NCBI GenBank assembly: GCA_963767005.1
Contig: CAVYCN010000005.1
Location: forward strand, 1 to 54,150
Reading direction: 5' to 3'
Length of the DNA stretch: 54,150 bases
From: an uncultured Actinomycetes bacterium
GTDB lineage: Bacteria > Actinomycetota > Thermoleophilia > UBA2241
The position numbers and the translations under genes were made by a program. Of this stretch, positions 18,512 to 28,679 are shown one piece after another. Each line of letters starts with the position of its first letter. Within the stretch, counting starts at the first letter, position 1. Under the pieces are notes generated by a model. The model was not told the origin of the DNA and did no database searches. It saw nothing but the letters and a program-made list of their open reading frames with translations.

Positions 18512-19460
18512 CTACCCCAGCGAGAACCAGCGCTCGCGGCGCTCGAACAGGTAGCGGTCGGTCAGCAGGTTGAGGATCAGGCGGGCGTGACGGAAGTGCT
18601 CGGCGACGTAGCCGAGCGCCGGCGACAGGCCGAGCTCGCCGCCGGTCGCCTCCCAGGCAAGACCATAGGCACGCCGCCCGGCCCACTCCAGCAGGCGCAG
18701 ATCGCCCAGGTCGCCGGCGCCGCCGCTCGCCGCGCCACCTGCTCGAAGTCCGGCGCCATCCATCTCGTCGGCGCTCGACGGCGACGCGCCGCCGCCCACC
18801 GCGCGGCGCAGCCGGCCGGCGGCGATCGGGGTGAGCACACGGCCACCGGCGTGATCGGGGAACACGCCGGTCAGGAAGAGGGCGAGATCGCCCAGGCGCC
18901 GGTAGAGCGCGAGGCGCTCGTCAGGCGGCACCGACAGGATCAGCTCGGCGAACTGACGCCGGGTCGAGCTCGCTGAAACGCCGGTGGCGCCAGCCGCTGC
19001 GGCCCTTGACCCAGAGCGCGCCGCTGGCCACGTGCGTGTACGAGGCGAGCAGATCGGCCAGGAACAAGCGGCGCAGAGGCTCGGCGACGAACTCGCGCAA
19101 GGGGTCGATCTCGAACACCGGCACGACGCTGCGCCGGCCGACGCGCTCCGGCACGAAGCTCAGCCCGGCGAGCAGGGCCGGCGTGGCGGCGAGCAGCACG
19201 GCGAAGGCGAGGAAGGGACCGGCGGCGACGATCGGGTCGACGGCGGCCTGGCCCGCGACGGTCGGGTCCTCGCGAGCGCCGACGCCCTCGTAGAGCGCCG
19301 CGAAAACGTCGGGGCGGGCGAGCAGCTCCTCGATGTCGGCGGGCCGCTCGCGCAGGCGAGCGGCCCGCTCCTCGGCCGGGCCCGGCTCGCCGGCCAGCGC
19401 GGCGAGCAGCGCGAGGTCGCGATCGGAGAGCCGTTCGAGCAGGAGCAGATCGGCCAGCAT
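18512..19460 (-). CDS. Hypothetical protein (frameshift near 18950)
   Basis: Two overlapping ORFs with coding-like composition: 'FLADLLASYTHVASG..W....GWR.RRFSELDP' and 'LYRRLGDLALFLTGVFPD...ARLILNLLTDRYLF'. Confidence 0.7.
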
Positions 19461-19577
19461 GTCCCCGTTGTTCCCGGCTTGGCGAGGCTTACCGTATCGC
19501 GCGGGCCGGCCGCACGTTGCCGGCTCCACGGCAGCCGGGGCGCGGACTATCATAGGTGCGGCGCGAAGGGACTTGGC

Positions 19578-20741
19578 GTGGACGCGCAGGACGGCATTCG
19601 CATCGGACAATCGTGCGCCGGCGAGGCGCGGGCCGCCGTCTGCGAGTTCCACGAGGCCGTCGACCAGCCCGACCTGGCGCTCGTCCTCTTCTTCTGCAGC
19701 GATGAGTACGACCTCGACGCCGTCGCCGCCGAGATGGCGGCGCGCTTCGGCGACGTGCCGGTGGTCGGCTGCACCACGGCCGGCGAGATCGGCCCGGCCG
19801 GCTGCCGCGAGCACAGCATCGCCGGAGTGAGCCTGGCGCGCTCGGCGTGCACGGCCGAGAGCGGCGGCGTCGAGCGGCTCCGGCAGTTCACCGCCGCCGA
19901 GGGGCGCGCGCTCGCCCGCGAGCTGCTCGACCGTCTCGACCGGCGCGCGCCGGCGGCCGACAGCCGCGGCCGCTTCGCCTTCATGCTCGTCGATGGCGAG
20001 TCGGTGCGTGAGGAGCCGGTCGCAGCCGCCTTTCAGGACGCGCTGGGCGACGTCACGCTGATCGGCGGCTCGGCCGGCAGCGGCCTGCGCTTCACGAGCA
20101 CCTTCGTCTACTTGGACGGCCGCTTCCGCTCAGACGCGGCGGTCCTGGTCGTGGCCGACACGCCGCTGCCCATCATGCCGTTCAAGACCCAGCATTTCGT
20201 GGCCACCGACGAGCGCCTCGTCGTGACCGAGGCCGACCCGCTGCGGCGCACCGTGAGCGAGATCAACGGCCTGCCGGCGGCGGCCGCGTACGCGCGCGCC
20301 CTCGGTGTGGCCGAGAGCGAGCTCGGCCCCAGCCGCTTCGCCTCGTCGCCGGTCGTCGTGCTGGTCGACGGCGGCAACTACGTGCGCTCGATCCAGCAGG
20401 CGAACCCCGACGGCAGCCTCACGTTCTTCTGCGCCATCGAGGCCGGCGTCGTGCTGCGCATGGCGCGCGGCGTCGACCTGGTCGCCAATCTCGAGGACGC
20501 CTTCGCCCAGGTACGGGCGCGCATCGGGGAGCCGCGCCTGGTGCTCACCTGCGACTGCATCCTGCGCCGGCTCGAGGTCGTCGAGGGCGGCCTGCAGGAC
20601 CGCGTCGACGAGATCCTCACGGCCAACAACGCGGTCGGCTTCAACACCTACGGCGAGCAGTTCTGCGGCGTGCACATCAACCAGACGCTCACGGCGATCG
20701 CCTTCGGCGCCGCGGCCGGCGAACCCGGCGCAGGCCGGTGA
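19578..20741 (+). CDS. FIST N/C-domain sensor protein, NosP-like
   Basis: 'LVLFFCS.EYDL', 'VVGCTTAGEIG', 'F..LVDG.S.REE', 'GGSAG', 'FKTQHF', 'EINGLPAA', 'YVRSIQ..NPDGSLTFFCAIE.G', 'CDCILRRLE', 'VGFNTYGEQF.G.HINQTLT'. Confidence 0.92.
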   Translation: MDAQDGIRIGQSCAGEARAAVCEFHEAVDQPDLALVLFFCSDEYDLDAVAAEMAARFGDVPVVGCTTAGEIGPAGCREHSIAGVSLARSACTAESGGVERLRQFTAAEGRALARELLDRLDRRAPAADSRGRFAFMLVDGESVREEPVAAAFQDALGDVTLIGGSAGSGLRFTSTFVYLDGRFRSDAAVLVVADTPLPIMPFKTQHFVATDERLVVTEADPLRRTVSEINGLPAAAAYARALGVAESELGPSRFASSPVVVLVDGGNYVRSIQQANPDGSLTFFCAIEAGVVLRMARGVDLVANLEDAFAQVRARIGEPRLVLTCDCILRRLEVVEGGLQDRVDEILTANNAVGFNTYGEQFCGVHINQTLTAIAFGAAAGEPGAGR

Positions 20742-22375
20742 GGCCGGTGGCTGGTGGAGGCCGCCACTCGACGGGCCCGGCGCCGGGCGCTCGACAGAGC
20801 GGGGCGTTCGCGCCGGGCGCGCGACGCAGCGGGGCACCCGCGCCCGGCGTCCGGAGTCGCAAGCCGAGGCCGACGCCCTGCGCGCCGAGGTCGCACGGCT
20901 CGAGGCCGAGGTCACGCGCCTGAACAAGGTGGTGCGCGTGCTCATGGACCGCGCCGAGTCGACGGCGAGCGCGCCGGCCACCGACTACGGCCTGTTCCAG
21001 ACCACGATCATGCTGCAGAACCAGGTGCGCCTGCGCACCGAGGAGGCGCGCGCCGCGCTACGCGGCGGCGAGGGCGCGGCCCTGGGCCGCAGCGACTCGG
21101 CGGCACGCGACATGCACGCCCTGCGGCGCACGGCCGCCCTGCAGATCCAGCTCCTGGAGCTCGTCGTGCAGCAGCGCGACCTGGGCGAGCTGATCGACCG
21201 GGTCGCCGACATCGTCGACGTGCCGATCGTGCTGTTCGACGCGCGCGGCCACGCCCTGCACCGCTCGCCGGCGGCGCGGCCCGGGCTCGACGAGCGGCTG
21301 TGGCACGTCTACGCCGGCCTGCGCGGCGCACGCAGCATGCCCGACTTCGTCGCAGGACGGCGACGACTGGATCGCGTTTCGCGACGTCACCGTGATGGAC
21401 CGCGTCGAGCGCGTGATCGCCGCCGTGGCCGCCCAGCCGCGCCGCACCGGCTTCACCGACGCCTCGCTGTCGTTCCTGCAGCAGCTCGCCATTCTCGACG
21501 CGCTGCATCACCGCACCGAGCTTGCCCAGGACCGGCGCGAGCGCGAGCGTCTGCTGCACGACCTGCTGACCGGCGCGCAGCCGGCCGCCGAGCTCGACGG
21601 CCGGCTGCACCAGCACGGCTTCGACGACGAGGCCGTCTGGCGAGTCGTGGTCGTCGAGACGGGCGCGGGGCGCGCCCGGTCGGGACCGGGCGCGCCCCGC
21701 GCCCCGCGCAATGCCGACGGCGGCGAGCCGCCCGCGCGCGAGCCCGTCGCCGCCCTGCAGCACGCCGTCGACGGCGTGCTCGGCCGGCGCCGCCTGTCGT
21801 TTCTCAGCGTGACGCTCGAGGGCCGTGCGGCGGCCCTGATCGCGCTGCCCGGCGAGAGCGGTGGCGCGGCGACCGGCACGCTGCTCGCCGAGCTGCGCGA
21901 GGCGGGCGCCCGCGCCGCCCCTGGCCCCGAGGTCGTCGCCGGCTGCTCGGCCCCGCTTGCCAGCGCGGCCGGCGGGCGGCGCGCCCTGCAGCAGGCGCTC
22001 GTCGCCTGCCTGGGCGCGCAACGCGACCCCGATAGCGGCGTCGCCGCCTTCGACGAGCTCGGCGGCCGGCTGCGCCTGCTCGACGGGCTCGACGCCGCGG
22101 CGCTGTCCGAGCTCGTGCGGCGCACGTTCGCGCCGCTGCTCGACTACGACGCCCACCACCGCACGCAGCTCTACGAGACGCTGCGCGTGCTCTTTGCCCG
22201 CCACCTCGCCGTGCAGGACACGGCGGGCGCGCTGCACGTCCACCGCAACACCCTGCAGCGCCGCCTGGCCCACGCCGAGCGGCTGCTCGGCATCGACCTC
22301 GACGACCTCGACGACGTGGTCGACGTGCGCCTGGCCTTCGACGCCGCCGAGCTGCTCGAGCGGCTGCCCTCCTAG
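20738..22375 (+). CDS. PucR/CdaR-family transcriptional regulator with an N-terminal coiled coil (frameshifts near 20860 and 21355)
   Basis: GTGA overlap with the FIST stop. Central 'RERLLHDLLTG'. C-terminal 'PLLDYD.HHRTQLYETLRVLF......TA.ALHVHRNTLQRRL...E.LLGIDL' HTH. Confidence 0.88.
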
Positions 22376-22449
22376 CGCTTCCGGCCGGCGCGACCCCGGC
22401 CGGCGCGGCTCCCCCGGCCTGCGCGCTCCCGCCCGACGCCGTACCCGCC

Positions 22450-22500
22450 AGCGTCCAACCCCGTGCGCGCTAGCGTCCAACGCCGTGCGCGCTAGCGTCC
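22450..22500. repeat. 22-bp tandem repeat (about 2.3 copies) upstream of the ALDH
   Basis: AGCGTCCAAC(C/G)CCGTGCGCGCT twice, then AGCGTCC. Confidence 0.85.
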
Positions 22501-22682
22501 GGCATGGTGCACGCGACCACACCAGCGCCCAAAGTGTGGTCGCGTGGTGCCTCCCGTCATGGTGCATTGTGCCTCATCGTTTGCGACAAGCCCGTCGCCG
22601 GCGGCGCACGTCTGGGGAGGCGCGAGCCCGACCGGCAATGGGCACAGGGGAGCCCCGCTCCACCCAAGCGAAGGAGAGAGCC

Positions 22683-24188
22683 ATGGCTATGGTAGTCGAC
22701 AAGGAGACGCAGGCGCCGAAGGTGACCGACGAGAGCTACGGCCTGTTCATCGACGGGACGTGGCGCCCGGCGTCGACCGGCAAGACCTTCAAGGCGTACA
22801 ACCCCGGCAACGGCGAGCTCCTGGCCACCTGCGCCGACGCGAGCCGCGAGGACGTCGCGGTAGCCGTCAAGGCGGCCTGGAAGGCCTACGAGAGCTGGAA
22901 GAAGGTCAGCCCCCAGGAGCGCTCGCGCGCGCTGCTGCGCATCGCCGACCTGATCGACGCAAACGCCGCCAAGCTCGCCATGGTCGAGACCCTCGACAAC
23001 GGCAAGCCGATCCGCGAGACCACGGCGATCGACGTGCCGCTCGCCTCGGACCACTTCCGCTACTTCGCGGGAGCGGTGCGCACCGAGGAAGGCCAGGCCG
23101 TCATGATCGACGACGACACGCTCAGCATCATCCTGCGCGAGCCGATCGGCGTCGTCGGCCAGATCATCCCCTGGAACTTCCCGTTCCTGATGGCCGCCTG
23201 GAAGATCGCCCCGGCCCTGGCCGCCGGCGACTGCGTGGTCATCAAGCCGTCGTCGACCACGTCGCTGTCGCTGCTCGAGCTGGCCAAGCTGCTGCAAGAG
23301 GTGCTGCCGGCCGGCGTCGTCAACGTGATCACCGGCACCGGCTCGGGCGCCGGCAACTTCATGCTCGAGAACGAGGGCTTCAGCAAGCTCGCCTTCACCG
23401 GCTCGACCGAGGTCGGCTACACGGTGTCCGACGCGGCCGCCAAGAAGCTGATCCCCGCCACCCTCGAGCTCGGCGGCAAGTCGGCCAACATCTTCTTCCC
23501 CGACGCGCCCTGGGAGAAGGCGATCGAGGGCCTGCAGCTCGGCATCCTGTTCAACCAGGGCCAGGTGTGCTGCGCCGGCTCGCGGGCCTTCGTCCACGAG
23601 GACATCTACGACAAGTTCATGGCCGCGGCCGTGAAGGCGTTCAAGCAGGTCACGGTCGACCTGCCCTGGAAGCAGGCCACGCAGATGGGCGCCCTGGTCA
23701 ACGAGAGCCAGATGGAGAAGGTGCTGGGCTACGTCGAGGTCGGCCAGCGCGAGGGCGCGACCGTCGCCACCGGCGGCGTGCGCATCACCGACCGCGGCCT
23801 GGGCGCCGGCTGCTTCATCGAGCCGACCATCCTGTCCGACGTCGACAACGACATGCGGGTCGCCCAGGAGGAGATCTTCGGACCCGCCGTGTGCGTCATC
23901 AAGTTCCGCAGCGAGGACGAGGTCATCCGCCTGGCCAATCAGAGCGAGTACGGCCTGGGCGGCGCGGTCTGGACGAAGGACGTCAACCGCGCCTTCCGCG
24001 TGGCGCGCGGCGTCGAGACCGGCCGCATGTGGGTCAACAACTACAACAACCTGCCGGCCCACGCCCCCTTCGGCGGCTACAAGAAGTCGGGCATCGGCCG
24101 CGAGACCCACAAGATGATGCTCGAGCACTACTCGCAGAAGAAGAACATCTTCATGAGCTTCACCGAGACCAAGGTCGGGATGTACTGA
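22683..24188 (+). CDS. NAD(P)-dependent aldehyde dehydrogenase (AcoD/AldA-like family)
   Basis: RBS AAGGAG. 'GQIIPWNFP', 'FTGSTEVG', 'LELGGKS', 'FNQGQVCCAGSR', 'QEEIFGP', 'PFGGYKKSGIGRETH'; intact. Confidence 0.96.
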   Translation: MAMVVDKETQAPKVTDESYGLFIDGTWRPASTGKTFKAYNPGNGELLATCADASREDVAVAVKAAWKAYESWKKVSPQERSRALLRIADLIDANAAKLAMVETLDNGKPIRETTAIDVPLASDHFRYFAGAVRTEEGQAVMIDDDTLSIILREPIGVVGQIIPWNFPFLMAAWKIAPALAAGDCVVIKPSSTTSLSLLELAKLLQEVLPAGVVNVITGTGSGAGNFMLENEGFSKLAFTGSTEVGYTVSDAAAKKLIPATLELGGKSANIFFPDAPWEKAIEGLQLGILFNQGQVCCAGSRAFVHEDIYDKFMAAAVKAFKQVTVDLPWKQATQMGALVNESQMEKVLGYVEVGQREGATVATGGVRITDRGLGAGCFIEPTILSDVDNDMRVAQEEIFGPAVCVIKFRSEDEVIRLANQSEYGLGGAVWTKDVNRAFRVARGVETGRMWVNNYNNLPAHAPFGGYKKSGIGRETHKMMLEHYSQKKNIFMSFTETKVGMY

Positions 24189-24241
24189 TCGCCCCCGCGA
24201 GCCGGGGCCTCACCCCCCACTCCCGGTTCGCAGTGACAGAC

Positions 24242-24275
24242 GAGGCGGGCGGGCTGCACGCAGCCCGCCCGCCTC
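24242..24275. terminator. GC-rich hairpin between convergent genes
   Basis: GAGGCGGGCGGGCTGC-ac-GCAGCCCGCCCGCCTC, a perfect 16-bp inverted repeat. Confidence 0.75.
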
Positions 24276-24333
24276 ACGTCCGTTGCGGCCACGGATATCA
24301 CCGTGCGGTCGTGACGGGCGACGAGCGGCCGGC

Positions 24334-25698
24334 CTACGGTCGCCCGGTCGTGGTCAGCACCGTGCCGCCGGCACCGACCACGCAGGCGCCGTGCGGCGGC
24401 AGCACGGCGATGGCGTGCAGCGCCTGGGCGCTCGACAGCTCGGTCTGCCAGTGAAGGCCGCCGTCGCGCGTGACGATGACGAAGAAGCGCCGCGTGCGCG
24501 CATCCTCGCCCACCGCCCAGCCGTGGCGAGCGTCGGCGAAGGCCAGTCCGGTGATGAGGGTCCGAGCGTCGCCCAGCGTCAGACGCCGCCAGTGCGCCCC
24601 GCCGTCGGTCGTGCCCAGCACGACGGCGCGACCGCTCAAGGGGCCGCGCACATAGGCGCCGGCCGCCCAGCCGTGGCGCCGGTCGCTGAAGGCGACCGCG
24701 TACAGGTCGATGGACGAGAGCAGCGGCTGCCGCGCCCACGTGGCGCCGCCGTTGCTCGTCGCCACGATCGCGTTCCCGCCGACGGCCCAGCCGTGCCGCG
24801 TGTCTACGAAGGCGACGTCGCGCAGCATCCTGACGTGCGGGATGCGCCGCTCGACCCAGGTGGCGCCGTTGCTCGTCGCCACGATCCGGGCGCCGGTGCG
24901 GCCGGGCTCCAGGCCGTAGCCGACCGCCCAGGCGTGAGCGCCGACCTGCGCGATCCCCCTGAGCCAGGCGGTGGACCGGGTCTGGGTCCACGTGGCGCCG
25001 CCGTTGGTCGTGCCTCTGATGACCGAACCGTGCGCGCCGCTGCCGAGCACCCAGCCGTGCGCGGCGTCGATGGACACGACCCGGGTCAGCCAGCGGTCGA
25101 AGGCCGCGCCGCGTGAGAACCAGGTCGCGCCGCCGTCGGTCGTGACGAACAGACGGGCGTGCGGGCCGCCGGTCGCCCAGCCGTCGGTCGGGCTCGAGAA
25201 GTGCACCGACACGAGCTCGACCGACGCGCCGACCCAGTGCCTCCGCCACTCGTCGCGCAAGGCGGCGGGGGCCGGTGGCCACGCCACGATCGACACAGTC
25301 GGCCGCGCGCTGGGCTTGGGGTTCGGCGACGGCCTCTTCGTCGCGGTAGCCGTCGGGGACGGGCTGGGCGGCGAGGAATGCGATGGCGCTGCCGACGGCG
25401 TCGGCGACAGACTCGACGCCGGCGACGCGACGTGGTGCGTCGGCCCGAGCAGGCGGAACCCCGAGCCGAACGGGTTGGGCAGGCCGACCCAGGCGCCGGC
25501 GCCGCTTGCCAGGAAGGCGAAGACGGCGACCGCGACGCAGGCGGCGACCAGCAGCCGCAGGCGCGCGCGCCGCAGCCGCGTGGGGCGCGCGCCCAACGCC
25601 GTGTGCAGCCGCTCCTCCCAGTCGGGCGCTGCGGGCGGTACCTGGCGCGCGTCGAGCGCGTCGAGGGCGAGCTTGAGATCGAGGTCGATGCTGCTCAT
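24334..25698 (-). CDS. Putative anti-sigma factor with a TM helix, Pro/Ser linker and YCF48/BNR (Asp-box) beta-propeller
   Basis: Coupled to the sigma gene (ATGA overlap). TM 'LLVAACVAVAVFAFLA'. Six T-x-(D/N)-G(G)-x-x-W repeats. Confidence 0.75.
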   Translation of the reverse strand: MSSIDLDLKLALDALDARQVPPAAPDWEERLHTALGARPTRLRRARLRLLVAACVAVAVFAFLASGAGAWVGLPNPFGSGFRLLGPTHHVASPASSLSPTPSAAPSHSSPPSPSPTATATKRPSPNPKPSARPTVSIVAWPPAPAALRDEWRRHWVGASVELVSVHFSSPTDGWATGGPHARLFVTTDGGATWFSRGAAFDRWLTRVVSIDAAHGWVLGSGAHGSVIRGTTNGGATWTQTRSTAWLRGIAQVGAHAWAVGYGLEPGRTGARIVATSNGATWVERRIPHVRMLRDVAFVDTRHGWAVGGNAIVATSNGGATWARQPLLSSIDLYAVAFSDRRHGWAAGAYVRGPLSGRAVVLGTTDGGAHWRRLTLGDARTLITGLAFADARHGWAVGEDARTRRFFVIVTRDGGLHWQTELSSAQALHAIAVLPPHGACVVGAGGTVLTTTGRP

Positions 25699-26423
25699 CG
25701 CTCCTCCTCACCGGCGAGCGCCGTGCGCAGCACGGTGCGGGCGTGGTTCAGCCGCGAGCCGACCGTGCCGTACGGGATGCCGAGCACGCTCGCCGCCGTG
25801 CTCAGGTCGAGGTCCTGCTGGATGCACAGATAGACGACCGCGCGATGCTCGGGCGAGAGCTGGTCGAGGGCGCGCGAGAGGCGGTCGCCGGCGGCGACCG
25901 CCTCGGCCGGGTCGGGCTCCTGGCGCTCGACCTCGTCGCCGACGCGCTCGACCAAGTGGAGCTGGCGCTTGCGACCGGCGAGCTGGTCGAGGCAGGCGTT
26001 GTAGGTCACGCGGTACAGCCATGTGCCGAAGCGCGCCTCGTCGCGAAAGCCCGAGAGCGAGCGGAAGGCGCGCAGGAACGTGTCCTGCAGCGCGTCGGCC
26101 ACGGTGTCGGGATCGCGCAACACGCGGTAGGCCAGCGCCCTCAGGCGCGGTTCGTAAAGACGAAGCAACGCGACGAAGGCGGCCTGGTCGCCGCCGCGCG
26201 CCGACTGCAGCAGCCGGCGCTCGTCGAGCAGTTCGGACAGGTCGATCGGCTGGGTGTCGGCCACGTCGGGCGGGGCGGTCTCGGTCGGACCGGCGTCGAG
26301 CGCCGGCCCACCGTACCCGGCGTCGCGCACGGGCGCGTCGGGCGCGCCGCCGGCGGCGGTCGTCTGCTCGCCGTCCGCCCGGTCGACCACTCCGATCGAC
26401 CCATCTCCGTCTTCAGACTCCAC
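25695..26423 (-). CDS. ECF sigma-70 factor
   Basis: 'GDQAAF..L...Y', 'DALQDTFLRAFRSL..FR..ARFGTWLYRVTYNAC.D', 'LGIPYGTVGSRLNHAR'. Confidence 0.93.
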   Translation of the reverse strand: MESEDGDGSIGVVDRADGEQTTAAGGAPDAPVRDAGYGGPALDAGPTETAPPDVADTQPIDLSELLDERRLLQSARGGDQAAFVALLRLYEPRLRALAYRVLRDPDTVADALQDTFLRAFRSLSGFRDEARFGTWLYRVTYNACLDQLAGRKRQLHLVERVGDEVERQEPDPAEAVAAGDRLSRALDQLSPEHRAVVYLCIQQDLDLSTAASVLGIPYGTVGSRLNHARTVLRTALAGEEER

Positions 26424-26580
26424 TGCGCGTCGCCCCCATGGTCTCTTTGACCCCGCGACGCGCCGATTCTTTCATCGGTCGCCGACTCCTCAGGAGCTGC
26501 CCCGGGTCGTCGCTCGAGCCGCAGTCCTGACGGCTACGTTACGACGCAGGTCATCGTAGAGCAATCGGCGCAAAGGGGCG

Positions 26581-26612
26581 GGGCGGCGGGCGGCTATTGC
26601 CGCCCGCCGCCC
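26581..26612 (-). terminator. GC hairpin downstream of the MFS gene
   Basis: GGGCGGCGGGCGGC-tatt-GCCGCCCGCCGCCC. Confidence 0.65.
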
Positions 26613-26662
26613 CGCCCGACGGTCCGTCAGGCCCCAGCGGCGCCGGGGCCGGCGTTTTTGGC

Positions 26663-28330
26663 CTACCCGGTCGGCTCGCAGGTGCCGAGCACCTCGTCGC
26701 AGGGCTGCTCGCGGCCGGCGACCACCGCCGAGCGCAGGCGCAGGTGACCGGTCCACGTGCCGATGAAGGCGACGACGAAGGCGAGGAGCACGACCACGCC
26801 GGTCACCTCGAGCGCGGTCGAGAATCCCGCGGTCAGGGCCTGGTTGGCGATCGCCGTCGGCACGTGGCCGGTCAGGCCCGACGCGCCGCTCGACGGGCCG
26901 CTCGCGGCGGCACCGCTCGCCCCGGTCACAGCGCCCGCGACGAGTTGCGGCGCCGCCGCGAGCTGGCTCGTCACGCTGTGGGCCACACCGCCCCAGGCGA
27001 TCGTGCCGATCGCCGCCAGGCCGATGGCGCCGCCGACCTGCTGGCCGATGTTGATGCCGCTCGACGCGACGCCGGCCTCTTGCGGTGCGACCTTCGACAC
27101 GACGGTCAGGGTGATCGGCACGAACATGAGGCCCATGCCGCCGCTCACCAGGAGCATGCCGGGCAGCAGGTCGGACCAGTAGCTGCCCGTCTCGCTGAGC
27201 CGCGACAGCAGCAGGAACCCGACACCCGCGAGCAGCGGACCGAGCATCATGAGCGGCCGCACCCCGACACGCTGCACGAGCACGCGAGAGACGAGGATGC
27301 TCATCACGATGATCGTGATCGGGAACGGCACCCAGGCGATCCCGGTGCGCACCGCGCTGTAGTGATACACGGTCTGGATGTAGATCGTGAGGAAGAAGAA
27401 CGCGCTGAACACGCCGGTGAAGAGCAGCAGCATCATCACGTAGGCGCCGGTGCGAGCACGCGAGCCGAGCAGCCGCAGCGGCAGCTCCGGGTGCGACACG
27501 CGGCGCTCGATCTGCACGAATGTGACGAACAGCACGGCCGACGCGGCGAGCGCCGTGATCGTCACCGGGCTGCCCCAATGCGACACGCCGTCCAGGCCGG
27601 CGGCCGCGTGCGTCAGGCCGTAGACGAGCAGGGCAAGGGCGCTGCTGCTCGTGACCACCCCGGGGATGTCGAGCCGCGAGCGCAGGCGCGGCGTGGCGAC
27701 CAGCGCGATCGGCGCCAGGCTGACGACGACGATGCCGATCGGCACGTTCACGAAGAAGATCCAGCGCCACGAGGCGTAGGTCGTGAGCACGCCGCCGAGC
27801 AGCAGGCCCACGGCGCCGCCGGCGCCGCTCATGCCGGCGTACACGCCGAAGGCGCGGTTGCGCTCCGGCCCCGCCGGAAACGTGGTGGCGATCAGGGCGA
27901 GCGCGGTCGGCGCGGCGAGCGCGCCGCCCGCGCCCTGCACCGCGCGCGAGGTGATGATCCAGGCTTCGCTCGTGGCCAGGCCGCCGAGCAGCGAACCCAC
28001 CGAGAAGATGACGATGCCGGCGATGAAGACGCGGCGCCTGCCGTAGATGTCGCCGAGCCGGCCGCCGAACAGCAGCAGGCTGCCGAAAGCGAGCGAGTAG
28101 GCGGTGACGACCCACTCCAGGCCGGAGCCGCTGAAGTGCAGGGCACGCTGGATGTGAGGCAGCGCCACGTTCACGATGGTGGCGTCGAGCACGATCATGA
28201 GCTGCGCCGCGGCGATCACCACGAGCGCGAGACCGAGGCGCCGAGGGACCTCGGGCCTGGCGACCTCGGGCCTGGGTCGTGCGGCGTGCTCTGCGGTCGG
28301 TTCTGCGGTCGGCACGGGTTCGAATGCCAT
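26663..28330 (-). CDS. DHA2 (14-TMS) MFS drug efflux transporter
   Basis: 'LDATIVNVALP', 'WVVTAYSL', 'GGRLGDIYGRRR', 'SWRWIFFVNVPIG'. Confidence 0.93.
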   Translation of the reverse strand: MAFEPVPTAEPTAEHAARPRPEVARPEVPRRLGLALVVIAAAQLMIVLDATIVNVALPHIQRALHFSGSGLEWVVTAYSLAFGSLLLFGGRLGDIYGRRRVFIAGIVIFSVGSLLGGLATSEAWIITSRAVQGAGGALAAPTALALIATTFPAGPERNRAFGVYAGMSGAGGAVGLLLGGVLTTYASWRWIFFVNVPIGIVVVSLAPIALVATPRLRSRLDIPGVVTSSSALALLVYGLTHAAAGLDGVSHWGSPVTITALAASAVLFVTFVQIERRVSHPELPLRLLGSRARTGAYVMMLLLFTGVFSAFFFLTIYIQTVYHYSAVRTGIAWVPFPITIIVMSILVSRVLVQRVGVRPLMMLGPLLAGVGFLLLSRLSETGSYWSDLLPGMLLVSGGMGLMFVPITLTVVSKVAPQEAGVASSGINIGQQVGGAIGLAAIGTIAWGGVAHSVTSQLAAAPQLVAGAVTGASGAAASGPSSGASGLTGHVPTAIANQALTAGFSTALEVTGVVVLLAFVVAFIGTWTGHLRLRSAVVAGREQPCDEVLGTCEPTG

Positions 28331-28547
28331 TGGACTCGCTCCGCTTGTCAGTGGACCTGAACGACCTCTACCGCCGACGTTCACGCCGGCGACGGCCCGG
28401 GGACTGAGACCGCTGTCGCGCCCCACAGGTGCGCGCAGTTACGAGGTCCGGGATAGACGTTTCATGACAGGTTCCTCGCCGCGCGCCGGTCGAAACGCCC
28501 CACGCTCGGGGTGACTCACGCGGTCTCCGCGATGTCTCCCGGCCGCG

Positions 28548-28566
28548 TTCACAATCCCTCCACATT
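28548..28566 (+). promoter_or_regulatory. Candidate OmpR-family direct-repeat binding site
   Basis: TTCACAAT and TCCACATT 11 bp apart, upstream of the membrane protein/RR/HK cluster. Confidence 0.4.
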
Positions 28567-28679
28567 GCCGGGCCATCCTCAATCTCAGGCGACACGGTGA
28601 CCGGGTCGCCACAGGGCTCGGTCCGGCGGGCGGTTCTTGCGAAGGCCCGCCGCGAGCAACGTCGAGAAGGAGGACAAGC

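Noticed and set aside
2700-21400. Mass pseudogenisation or programmed frameshifting of the catabolic genes
   Set aside because: The indels are scattered single-base events, while catalytic motifs and codon bias are intact. This is typical of low-coverage long-read consensus error. It cannot be fully excluded without reads.
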